From Ramazzottius varieornatus (Eukaryota; Animalia; Tardigrada), in the NCBI GenBank assembly GCA_001949185.1, contig BDGG01000011.1, positions 765,552-829,551 of the forward strand: 64,000 bases of DNA, read 5' to 3'. The notes under the pieces are model-generated. The model saw only the letters and a list, made by a program, of their open reading frames with translations. It made no database searches and was not told the origin of the DNA. Of this stretch, positions 1 to 11,229 are shown one piece after another. A program made the position numbers and the translations under genes. How positions within the stretch are numbered: position 1 is the stretch's first letter; the number at the start of each line of letters is the position of its first letter.

Positions 1-58
1 CACTAGCGAAAAAACGGTCCTGCCATGTCTCTTTGCCAAGGTCCCATTCATCACGTAC

Positions 59-710
59 CTCGATTACCGTCGCCTCTTTGATACAAGACATTCTCCAGGG
101 CTTCGGGATAGCTTCTTGAAGAAGGTAGGGAGTCGGATCTGCTTTTGCTTTCGGTTAGTTCAGCTATCCTCTCGTCTTCGGCACTGAACCTGTCCGATAA
201 ATTCACAGCGGGAAGACTGACTTTTCGTCGAACCGGGTTTTCCATCCCATTGTTCTCATACATGCGTTCACCATTGCCGGAAGGACGAGCGTTTTCAGGG
301 ACCAAGCTGTGGGCAGTTCGGACCACCGTCATGGCTACACAGGGTTGTGACTTGATCAGCTCCACAACTTCAAAGTGATTCTTGTCCGTCACCAGCTGAT
401 TGTTGACTTTGATGATGCGATCACCTGGCCGCAGCCCCACCGAGTCGGCTGGACCATTCTCCTTGACAGTGTCCACAAAGACGGGGTTGTCACCGTAGAC
501 TTTCAAGCCGTAGCCTTGCTCATCCCGACGGAAGACGACGTAACGCTTTTCCGCTGACGAAGAAGTCAGATGGTCCACTCGTGATGCAGTGGCCGCTCCT
601 GTCACCGTCACCGTGGGCGAAGGGAACTTGTGATGGTTACTGCTGCCTTTCTTCTTTTCTCGTTCACCAGAGGGACGCTTTGGCACATCCATGCTTGATA
701 CCGTCGCCAT
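59..710 (-). CDS. First coding exon of a PDZ-domain Rho guanine nucleotide exchange factor (RhoGEF2/ARHGEF11/12-like); gene continues off the left edge
   Basis: PDZ domain RRDEQGYGLKVYGDNPVFVDTVKENGPADSVGLRPGDRIIKVN typical of PDZ-RhoGEF/LARG; splice donor AG|GTACGT at 59/58. Confidence 0.75.
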
Positions 711-1720
711 GAATCACCTGCCATCCATTGATCTATCTTCCCGCATTCAAATTCCACAAGAACTCAGTCTCGTACATTATCCATACACTCCTAGGGCTCC
801 CGTGATTATACTGCAATCGACCAGGCTGACGAGATCTTTTCAAGTGAAGTTTGGGCTGTAAGTAAGTCAGAAAGGCGACATGAGATTTTCGTTCCAGACA
901 TATTTTCTAAACGATAGGGTGAAATTCGGTTGGCCGGAAAAGTCACGTGACGCGCCGCCCGCATGGCGCCGCCACATCGAAACAACATGCACTACTGGCA
1001 TGCACCACAATACCACGCCCACTCCTATTGCGTCAATCTAAAGGAATTCAAAGGCGCAGCACGCACGGTGACTTACCTTACTGTCAGGAAGTGTCTTTCC
1101 CTCCGGGCAGCAGTCTCCGTCTATCGCGCGATAAAACTCGTCAACGTTGACTTACCTGGATTTATGATTATGGTTATGAATTACAGTATCACACTTTGAG
1201 CATACAGACACGAGGAGGGCGATTATGCACCGTCAAAACTGTTGGGTAATAAACATTGAGCACTGAGCAGGTTGATCATCCACGCAACACAAAGCTTGTC
1301 TTTTGCACCTTCCCTTGCTTTCCACTTGACTCACCCACCGTCGTGTTGACTTTAAGGATTTGCGGAACGGAAGGCGATCTGGCTCTGTGCAGCGCAAAAC
1401 TCGCTTCTTGAACCGTACAAATTCGCTCCGCTAGAAATTCCACCGCTACGCAATTTGTCAACGGTGAGAGTGCCTAGCAAGTCCGTGCCAGGAGCCCTCC
1501 GATTTGCAGGATGGGCCCTTCACAATGTGACCTCATCGGCTCTGCCCGGTAAAAGCATTCCCGTACTCTTTTGCGACTCGACATTCTCTCGATCTACGCT
1601 CATCTTGGTTCACTTTCTCCGTGGATACTCTTCGAGTCTTGCTGGCCATTATGGATATACCTTCCGTATATTGACAAGCCACCATTCGATATCTGTGAGA
1701 GTACACACAATCTGGACACG

Positions 1721-3860
1721 ATGCAGAACAACGATCAGTAAGTACTTGTTGAACCCAACACTACTTGGACCATCGTTTACTTTGAACTGGAGCTTCGGTG
1801 AGATACAGCCTATTTTCAGGGACTTGGTCTGGGCTGATGAGCTTGAGGAACGATTAGGTAGGTTGCAGACGGAGGGATTTGGGACCTCGGTGAACAAACT
1901 CGACAGACTGTTTTCCCAAGTGGCGCACGTTGCCAGCATTATTAGCTGAATGCGTACGCCACTTGGAAGACAGACTTTGTCGAGTTTGTTAGTCGAGATT
2001 CCACATTAATTCTTGCAAATAGTAGTTCCGCGATCATCCTTCATCTTTCTTCATAGGAGAGGGAGCACCCAGTGTTAGACGAGTAGGGAATCGGAAGATC
2101 GTGACGGAAATCGTCGAAGACGAAGAGGGAAAGAAGACCAAGGTGAGTTCATTCAATCCTCTTCACAGCGCTTGAACGTAAGTTGATAATGATGTTTTCG
2201 CTTGCCTCCTCCAAGGTCGTTACGGAATATATGACAGTCACAAAAAGAGTTTCAAAGGCTGTGGCCGAAAGAAAGGTGAGGACAGCGTGGCTCAGCTTTC
2301 TTACTTTTGTTGCCTTTCCCGATGAAGCTGCCTTGTTTCCAGAGAAATTGGAAAAAATTCGGAGATGCGGCAAACGATCCGCCAGGTGCCCAGACTCGCA
2401 ACACGAAAATTGCCGACGAAGTGGCCATGCAATTTCTGACAGGACGAGAGGACGTAAGTTCGATCAGCCTAAGTAGGCTGTTCCAGGATTCTTGAGTCGG
2501 AAGGTCGTTTTCACTAATACCTTCCGGTCTAGGTAATGGCAACAGAACAATCCAACACTGGGGGCTTGAAACTCAGTGCCCAAGTTTCATGCCGTATCTG
2601 CGGAGGTATGGGACTCTTTTTAGCTTATACAGTGTACGACAAAATAAACCGTTAAAAATGGTTGTTGGATGGAGCCAGATGGCTAAAGCCAATCAAATTT
2701 GCGCCTACGGCAAAATCTAATTCTTATTGGCTGAGGAGTAAGTAAGCTCCAGCTGGAGTGTTGCGCCTATCTTTAACGGTTAATTTTGTCGTACACTGTA
2801 GTTCGGCTCATCTCGAAGCAGGGTGCGTGGCCTGCAACTCAAAGTGACTATATTGTTTGCAGGTGACCATTGGACCACACAGTGTAATTTCCAGAATGCA
2901 AGTCAGGAAGAGAAGGACATGCTGATGAGGAAGTTTGGTGGCGGGGCAGCTGCTGGACCATCAGTCTCTGATAACGGTAAGCACATTCCGTACTGCGAAT
3001 CAGACGGCGCTTGTGTGGATCGAGCCTTACCCGGGACTCGGGAGCAAAAGCCAAGTGTAAAGTTTGGACCAATCTAAGTTCTTAAACCCGAGTTTTGAAT
3101 AGCTCAATGAACTTTCTGTCACTAAGAGGTATAAGCACACTTTTCTGTGGGAGCTCGGCAACAAAATCAACGAGGCTGTTATAGTGAGTGGCGCACTCTT
3201 CAATCCAGTAACAATGACAGCTTGCACCGCTTGGAAAAATTTGGCGAGATTGTTTTTCAAGTGGCGCATATTATTAGTGTTAATAGCATTATGCGTGCGC
3301 CACATGTAAAAACTGTTTTGACGTGTTTGTTTGCCGAACTCTCAAATGATATAGAGGACATTGGAAATCTACTGATTGTCAGAATGTCTTTATTAGTGCC
3401 AGATGGTAACCTGAAATTACTGAAAGAATGCTGTGATTTTGCTTGCAGCGGCGATGGAGCCATCAGATGGTGGTGCCACCGGCAAATACGTGGCGCCATC
3501 GCGTCGGGCCGGCTTCCAAGGTACAGCTAGCGCTCAGCAAGGTGACCAACTGCCCTCTGTAAGAGTCTCCAACCTGCCTACCGATGTCAAGGAAGAAGAT
3601 CTGCGCGACCTCTTTGAGCAGTTTGGCAAAATCAAAAAGGTCTACCTGGGCAAGGACAAGAGAACTCAGGAATTCAAGGTACGGTTCCTTTTCTTTACTC
3701 AACGACCTCTGTAATAGCATTTGAGTTTTCCTTCCAGGGTTTCGCCTTTGTGACATTTTTCGATCAGCACTCTGCCGACAAAGCCATCGCGGCGGTAAAT
3801 GGCCACCGATACTTCCACATGATCCTCAGTGTCGACTGGGCCAACCCATCCAAGCCCTAG
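1721..3860 (+). CDS. EIF3G: Eukaryotic translation initiation factor 3 subunit G (multi-exon)
   Basis: Spliced exons give VWADELEE, KAVAERK-NWKKFGDAANDPPG, CRICGG-DHWTTQC zinc knuckle and a C-terminal RRM (VRVSNLP...GFAFVTF...ILSVDWANPS*). Alternative in-phase first exon from ATG 1511. Confidence 0.92.
1881..2002. repeat. GTGGCGCAC-N25-GTGCGCCAC palindromic element, 1 unit (eIF3g intron)
   Basis: Inverted arms AACAAACTCGACA...TGTCGAGTTTGTT around the core. Confidence 0.9.
2630..2798. mobile_element. Tc1/mariner-type MITE (family A) in an eIF3g intron
   Basis: About 27-bp TIR CAGTGTACGACAAAAT(A/T)AACCGTTAAA, TA on both sides (2628-29, 2799-2800). Confidence 0.85.
3149..3343. repeat. Palindromic element, 2 units (eIF3g intron)
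   Basis: GGGAGCTCGGCAAC...GTTTGTTTGCCGAACTC with two cores. Confidence 0.9.
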
Positions 3861-4491
3861 AAAAATTTTTTCCACTCTGTTTTCAGACCGAATATCATCT
3901 ACCGTAATTTTTCGACTGCTGTCATGTTAGACCGGCGCGATATGCATTCAGGTCTGTTCTGAATACGTCTGCAATGTTTTCCGTAAAAGTTATTGATATT
4001 TGATTGTTAGACTTTGAGTAGTTGCCTTGCGTTGTACCGGTTTACCACTGGATTGGCGAATTGTGAGAGCAGTAAAGTCGAAACTGAACGTTAGGATGTA
4101 ATTATAGGACACAAAATTGACCGAGAGATGAGCGGTACGAACGGAAAGCCATAACGATTTTTGACTGCAGTTTGAATGCCACTTTTTTCCTAACAAGACC
4201 AAGGTACAATCGAGTCGATGATGTCAATGCGGAATTTTCTTCAGCAGATAGATCATTACCGTAATTAGGCAGTGAGTTAGATGATCACTGGAGAAAAACG
4301 TGTTCACGAACTCCGTAGTCGGCATGGCGCACAATGCTAAAAGAAAACGACGGACGTGAGATGCTACCTCACTGACCCGAGTCTTGACGGGTGTCCCGCT
4401 TTGCCGTACATATCTCATAGTACGCTGCCCTAGTAAAATAATAATCAGACAATAAATCGCTAGATGCTGCTTCAGCAGTAGCCTTTCTTCG

Positions 4492-4498
4492 TATAAAA
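4492..4498 (+). promoter_or_regulatory. TATA box of the chitin-binding protein gene
   Basis: TATAAAA about 90 bp upstream of ATG 4587. Confidence 0.55.
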
Positions 4499-4586
4499 GC
4501 TCTGGGTCCTCACTATTCTAACCATCAAACATTCTTCAATCTTCTCTTTCACAGACACCGCATCAGCTCACCGTTCCCTATCCACC

Positions 4587-5514
4587 ATGAAGTGCCTCAT
4601 CGTCCTCTCCGCCCTGGTGGCAGTCTCCTACGCCGCCAACGGCGACCAGAACCCCAAGGTCTGGGATGCCTTGGACAAGCTGCGAGCGAAGTCGCCCTTG
4701 CAGACTGATGAGATCCAACAGATCTACGCCAACGCCCAACCCGGCCAAGATTTCCCCATCCTCTCGGAGATCCCTCCAACCACCATTGACTGTGCCTCCT
4801 TCAAACAGGCAGGATTTTACGCTGACGAAGCCGGCCAATGCCAAGTCTTCCACAGATGCGACGTCAACGGAGTCCTGACCAGCTACCTGTGCCCCAACAT
4901 GAGCGTAAGTGCTACTCCCTGCTGTGTGAATCTCCAAGTGGCGCACGCCTCCAGCTGATAACACTGAAAACGTGCTGCGCTAGGAGAAGCGATATTTGGT
5001 AAGAACGCCATCCTAAGTGACGCACATTGTTAGCCAATATAGTGGAATCGTGCGTCACTTGAGAGAACATTCTGATCGGGTTTTCCAAGTAGCGTACGTT
5101 ACCAGCGTAACTGGCTTCAAGCATGCGCCACTTTTGGAAGCAATCTGGCCGAAGTCGTTTGCCGCAGACCCGTTTGGGTCTTCGAAGCAACGGACGTACT
5201 TTGGGAATAGACTGACCTGGGTTTTGCAGTTGTTCAACCAAATCACCCTCGTCTGCGACTGGTTCTGGAACGTCGACTGCGCCCAATCCAAGCAATTCCA
5301 GGACTACTCCAACTCTCGCCTGTACCAGGAAGGAATGTTCCTGTTGGACAATCAAGATGACTACGAGCTGAAGTCCGTTGCTACTGTGAAGGCCGTTACT
5401 GGAGCCGTTGCTGGTGTGAAGAGATCCGGATCATCAGGCAAGAAGCGCCGCGTCAAGAAGACTAAGTTGGTCAGCAGCGAGAGCTCTTCGTCCCAGGAGT
5501 CCTCTTCTCAGTAA
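4587..5514 (+). CDS. Secreted chitin-binding type-2 (CBM14/peritrophin-A) protein; exons 4587-4904 and 5230-5514
   Basis: Signal peptide; C..GFYAD..CQVFHRC..YLCPN|LFNQITLVCDW..VDC six-Cys pattern; basic/Ser-rich tail. Confidence 0.9.
4925..5172. repeat. Palindromic element, about 3 units (CBM14 intron)
   Basis: Three AAGT(G/A)(G/A)CG(C/T)AC...TGCG(C/T)CAC-type cores. Confidence 0.85.
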
Positions 5515-5924
5515 TCTTAATCGATAAACAGTATCAATCTTGATTCATCAATCAGTTGGATTTCTTACCATCTTTCGACTTTCTCAGTTTATACATCCCG
5601 AATCTCGACTCAGCTCAAGCTTTTCAATAATCATTCTCCGTGACAAAAACAATCTCGTATAAAATCAACCATGGCAGAAGGTAATCGGTCGTTCAAGCTT
5701 CAAACCAGTCAAAGGCTTCCGCACACAAAAATTGACTGTATCAATTTTTGAAGTTAGGAGAGAGATAAAAATTTAGGATTTAACTGGAAAGAAATCAATC
5801 ACATCAGCATTGAACAAAGCCAGGAATACGCAACATGTGGTTGAACGCGCAAGGCACCTCGACAAGGCACTGCATTCGACAAGCTATCCATAGCAGAACC
5901 GTCTTGTCCAGAGCGACAAGAATA

Positions 5925-7195
5925 TCAGGCTGAAGCGTCGAGCTTGTCGTTCATGCAGGCCAGGTACTTCAGAGCCCGACCTGCGCACTCCTCATCCGCT
6001 TCTTCCACGGTTTTGCCTTGTCCTTGGCAGAAGACTTCCGGTCGGATGACTTTATCCTGAAAGTGACGCAGTAGCTCAGGTTTAGCGTGCTGGAAAGAGA
6101 CGATACAAACTCGAAGCACGACACCTGAAAAGAGCATTCTTCTTTACTGGTATCAAAGCTTTGATGGTAGTTTACTTAGTTATACACTGCTAGGAGAACA
6201 TACGGGAGCTCGGCAAACAAGCTCGACAAGATTGCTTTCTCTAGTGGCGCACGTTAACAATGCTATTGATTAAAGGGTTGCGCCACTTGCAGAAACGATC
6301 TTCTCGAGCTTGTCAGTGTACTGGATGGGAGCGTGCGCCAATTGAAAGCATACCTGTCAAGTTGGTTTGCCTTGCTCCCATATAAGCAACAGGTGGTCAA
6401 CTTACTTGCAGGGGTTTCGACGGGTGATTCGGCATCAAGCTTGTACGTCTGGTATCGGCAAGTGAAGCCCCAAAAAGGAGCTATATGAGCTAGAGCCTCC
6501 TTGCTATCAAAGCTAGGGTTAATGTCACCTGCTGGAAGTACCTCGAAGTCATCGCCGTCTCGTCTAGCCTTCATGTGTGCCAGGATCTTCTTGTAGTGGA
6601 AACAGGGTGGTTTCTTCTTGGGCCTGGTTGCTTCCGGCATCGCGTCCTGGACCGCTAGTGTGGTTTTCGATCCCTAGAACCAAACAACCAGCAATGTAAG
6701 CAAAGATTCAACCGACGGCTCAGAGCTGAACAGTGAAGACGCTTACTGGACTGGCGACAGGCAGGGAATTGGGATCTCGAAGTCCCAACATCATCGCCTT
6801 CGCTGCTTCGGTTTTGGCCTGCTGCTTACTTGTGCCTTCCCCCGTCCGAGCTACGACTTGGTTTCCGTGGCGTATGCTAACTTGATCTGCAAGCCAGCAG
6901 GGTAAACATTCATCGATATCAGCTGAGCAAGTATGTGGATGATCAACTACAGTACCAGTATAATAAAAGCGGCGCATGACGTTTCATGCATGTCAACAGT
7001 TCATTCGTCACGCAGATCACATCCAAAACTTGTTTTGACGTCATGCGCAACTCCGGGTTCAAACTTACAAACGAAAACTGGAAGGTGTGACGGTCCGCTC
7101 CTCTTGACTTCCGTCCATTCCGGTGGATGGTAACTGTTCTTGACGCAGTATTCATTCAGCTGCATCAAATGGCTCTTTTCAGCTCCGACTGCCAT
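5925..7195 (-). CDS. Double-stranded RNA-binding domain protein, TRBP/PACT/Loquacious-like (multi-exon)
   Basis: dsRBD: LMQLNEYC...SGPSHLPVF|YQVSI...GEGTSKQQAKTEAAKAM; C-terminal type-B-like dsRBD CQGQGKTVEEADEECAGRALKYL. Confidence 0.75.
6204..6350. repeat. Palindromic element (dsRBD gene intron)
   Basis: GGGAGCTCGGCAAACAAGCTCGACAAGA arm plus core. Confidence 0.9.
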
Positions 7196-7486
7196 GTTGC
7201 CGTCTCCAATATTTCTCCACGTAGGTGCTCTCGTTGATAGAAGAGCAGTAAGACCGGGCAACCGGCCCCCTCTTCCTTGAGATGATCGTTCCGCACGATT
7301 GTCCGTACGAATAAGCACTTTCCGTACGGAGGAAGTACCAGAACTGCACGAGCGGAGTGGCAGGAGTACTCGTAATCTTTGTGGAAGAGTCTTGAAGAGA
7401 TGATAAGCAAGTCGGAAAGTCGAAATGACTTCACTTTTCCATTCGTGATATCATTTTTGTGATGTTATACATAACACACATGATAT

Positions 7487-7510
7487 GACATAACATAACA
7501 TAACATAACA
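7487..7510. repeat. (ACATA)n microsatellite upstream of the dsRBD gene
   Basis: gacataacataacataacataaca. Confidence 0.8.
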
Positions 7511-7881
7511 AGGAGTACCAGTAAGTAATTGTGCATTCGTGGTTCCGTCCTACAGCAGTCCTACGTCGAGCCGGTCCTTTCTTTGTCTATTTTTACGGCT
7601 AATTTTCCCAGATTCAGCCGTGATTTTCTGGTCTGTCATCTCTCGTTCTGTCTATTTCGCAACTTGGGGATCTTTCCGGTACGGAGCGCCACGGGCTCTC
7701 TGTACCGGAAGCCCGTAGGTTCTTGAAAGTTCGACCCGTGTGCAGGAGGCCAGATTGCCGCCGGAATGGCTTTTGCGATATACTGTAAGTTGCTTGCTTC
7801 CCTCGAGTCATGAGAGACTTCCGAATGACAGAAGATCGATGAAATGTTTATGAAACTCGACTGCATGTCTGATTCATGATT

Positions 7882-9851
7882 CTAAATATACAAGGCAGAA
7901 ACTGTGGCCGCTAAAGCATCGAGGTCGCTGAGGCAGAGTAACAAACTAGAAAATTGTCCTGGACTCATGTTAGTTCTGGTTTTCAGAAGAGTTGAAAGAA
8001 CTCGCATGAGGTAGCCTTGCACTGCACCCACATGAAAAGGGTTCTTCAGCCCATGCCGTGCTGGGTTGACAATAACGACCAAAGTGGCAACCAACACCTC
8101 GAGAAAGGTCAGTTTGGAGTTTTGTATCTGCTGACTGTTATCGCATATTCTTCTGTAGATATCGGAAGTTCCCGAAATTAAACAGCCCAGCAGGGTTTCT
8201 GAGGGCAGATTCTTTGAATAGCACGAATGCGTGCGGAAGAATGGGTGAAGACATTCGTTGCGCCAGTAGAGCGAGGAATGGAGCTGCAAAGTAACCGGAG
8301 GTAAGTCGCTTGCGCCGCAGGGATAGTCTTGGAACATTTCTCTAAACGACCGACGAAATCTTACGTACTAGACATACTGAAGTAGCACCGCTATAGGCCA
8401 ACAAGCTCATGTCCACCACAGTTACAATGTCGGCAAAAGATGGGATGGATGACAATAATTTCTTGAGCTCGTCAGATAAAGTCGCAGGCCAGAATGATTC
8501 TGCTGTGCGCCTAAGGTCCTCGGCGACTTCTTGCTGATGAGATATACATTATGTTAGGTGAGATGACAAACCACAGTCGTAATACAGGAGCTGGGTAGAG
8601 AAACTTGTCAAGATTACTCTTTCGGTGGCGCACACATCCAGCCAGTAGCACTGACAAAGTGCGCCACTTTGGTAAAATTGACAGGATCGTTTGTCTCATT
8701 GGAGAGCAAATTTCAAAGCTACTAACAGCGCGAAAGTGGCGCGCTTGACAAACACGACTGCCACAGTGTAGACAGAATTTCAAATTACTGTTGCGCTTTA
8801 CCTCGGAGGGGATGGGACCTGCAGGTGAAGCTGTGCCTTGATACTGAAGCCGTTCCATCTCCCTAGTGTGGTAACCTTTGCAAAAAGCGGTTCCTCGTTC
8901 GTGAAGCTGTTCCAGGAAGGCTGGGTTGAAGTTGCCAAATTTCTCCTCGCCAGGAAAGCCTGTCAGATAGTAATCTAGAGCCTTAGCCAAAGTAGGCTTT
9001 GGGTACCCGCCGGCCATGGCACTTCGAAACCTGCATGGTATATGAAGACACTGATTAGTATATAACAAAAGAACGATTACGCAAGAACCGTAATCAACGA
9101 CTACAATCGATGCCATTAGGGAAATCCTGTTCGGTATGAGCGAGACAGGTATTGGTAGCTCAGTTAGGCAACATTCCATTTGGTCTCGGTTTCAGTACTA
9201 CCTTGGAAAAGTCTGAAGGTCGGATGGAATATGCCAGAAACTGGTCGGTATTTCCTGAGAGGTTTTGGGCAGCGTGGGACTGCGCATTCTTGTAGGGTTG
9301 CCAGCTGGGTCCTCTACGTGATTCTGTAACGGGATAGACGCAGGGACTGGCAACGGTAGAGGCGACGAGGAGGAAGATACGGTCGGGTGCTCATGTTGCC
9401 GCGCTGCGAAGATAATGACAGAAACGTCAGAAGCCCGTGTCGATCCCAGCGTGCCGCTGTTGATTGGGTTCTGATGCGATGCCGGTGTCGAGCAGATGTC
9501 ACTCTTTGATGCAACTGTTGGGCGGCGATGGTGGCCCAATCTGCGCGCTGTCTTTCTCGATACCTGTAGAATTAAAACGACATCAGTAGAAATGGGAGCT
9601 TGGCAAACAAACTCAACAAGACCATGTTGTCGAGTGGCGCGCGTTTCGAGCCAATAACACCGCGGAGGTGCGCCACTTGGGACCACTATATTGTCCAATT
9701 TCTTTGGCGAGGTGTGGAGATTTCTCCAGGAGCAATGTACCTTTTTGACAGACTTGTGGTTTTCATAGGAATTCCTTGGCGGATCAAACTGCACACTTGT
9801 CCAGGTGGACAGTGTTAGACCGAGCTTCTCAGTGGGCGGTGAGGAGGCCAT
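7882..9851 (-). CDS. Hypothetical multi-exon gene; structure and product unresolved
   Basis: Collinear minus-strand ORF segments with plausible GT/AG boundaries (e.g. MAGGYPKPTLAKALDYYLTGFPGEEKFGNF) and two palindrome-bearing putative introns; no domain recognised. Confidence 0.35.
8603..8762. repeat. Palindromic element
   Basis: Core GTGGCGCAC-N25-GTGCGCCAC plus a partial unit. Confidence 0.85.
9594..9730. repeat. Palindromic element, 1 unit
   Basis: GGGAGCTTGGCAAACAAACTCAACAAGA arm; spacer contains CCAATAACA. Confidence 0.9.
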
Positions 9852-10943
9852 AATAATGCGACGCCCTTCCGCGCCAATATTCTTCGGAAAGCTGAATGGC
9901 CCTTTGGCTCAAGATATCGATGAGAGCAGAAGTAGCTCACGCAGGCGGAGTGTCCATCCGTTCATGGAACTGTGGTATATCTACGCACCGGACCGCAGGT
10001 AGCACACACAAGAAGGAAATGAATGGCCGGTTTGCGGGTGAATTTTATACTAAAGCGGAGAGAAGAGTAATCGAATGGACGCGTGAAGTAGATAAGGCTG
10101 CTTTTCACCCGCGGCCAGCTCTACCTCCATTCTATCGAAAGTACCCGCCATTGTGTTTATTTTGGTAATTTCCGCAAAATGTGGCCGTATCACAGCGTTC
10201 AGATTTCTTACCTTGGAGCGCCTTGCTTCGCTTGCATTTGTGCAGTCAGGCAGGTAATAAGCGTCATTTCTCGTTTGCTGCCCACAGTCTTGCGTGATGG
10301 TATCTGTCAATCGCTTTGTTAATATGAGCTTAAGGGTACAAGCCACATTGTTGTAAAGTAGTCTAAATACCATCTTTTTTATCTGATCGGAGGTTCAAAC
10401 CATCCTGCAAGGATCCCATGAGGAGTGTAGACCAATGGGACACCCAAAGCCATAAAGTTTGGGCGCGTATTAAATGTGCCGGTCGCCGAAACGGCCTCGC
10501 ATTTGAACCAACCGTCAGAATGATAGTCTCCAAATTTGGACGGAAGACGTACCTGGGATGAGATTCCCAGCCATATGAACCAATCCGGTACTTTCGGTCA
10601 GCAATTACGTCCTGTGGAATGTTGTGAAATTTTCAAGTCCGTTTTGCGGGAATATAACGGTTTCAACCTCGGACCAGACAGAAAAGATGGTTTTAGAGCT
10701 ACTGGACAACAACGTAGCTTGTGCTGTACCCTTAAGGCTGACGTTGTGATGTCTGAACGCGTCCATCTCATATCTTCTACGGTGCTTTTGCTTAACGACC
10801 GTAACTTCAGTAGGCCGACGACCTTCTGGTCCATGCAGGCTGACCGCCGGTTCTATTCGGCTAAACGATTTCCGAGCCACCATTGGGAGTACCGGTACAT
10901 GGCGGTTCTGCGAGTAATTCGTACTGAGCATCTGCAGACAATT

Positions 10944-11030
10944 GGGAGCTCTGCAAGATCCGAAGTGGCGCACGCTCTCAGAGTAATTAGCTGGGAGTGT
11001 GCGCGACTTGATACAACAGTATTGCGGAGA
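10944..11030. repeat. Palindromic element, degenerate
   Basis: AAGTGGCGCAC...GTGCGCGACTT. Confidence 0.75.
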
Positions 11031-11229
11031 ATTGTGCAGGCCGACAACGCCGCACTGGTTCCAAATGTCTTTTTACAGGGTTTCTGTAATTTATTTGTTT
11101 TATCAAACACCAATACACAAACTATTGATATAAGGTGCTGGTTTTGGATTATCTGAGTAGAAGTATTAATAATAATTTATCGATATTCTCGTTGTCCTTC
11201 AAGGGCAAGAGAAATGGGCGGAGAACCTC

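Noticed and set aside
942-951. GTCACGTGAC CLEAR/E-box palindrome between RhoGEF and eIF3g
   Set aside because: A single short motif with no supporting functional link to the flanking genes.
1858-2056. Palindromic element as an introner (intron-creating transposon)
   Set aside because: GT/AG sites lie 10-60 nt outside the element in unique sequence, and intergenic copies exist.
10536-11156. 206-aa plus-strand ORF
   Set aside because: Non-ATG start, reads through a palindromic element, and no recognisable homology.
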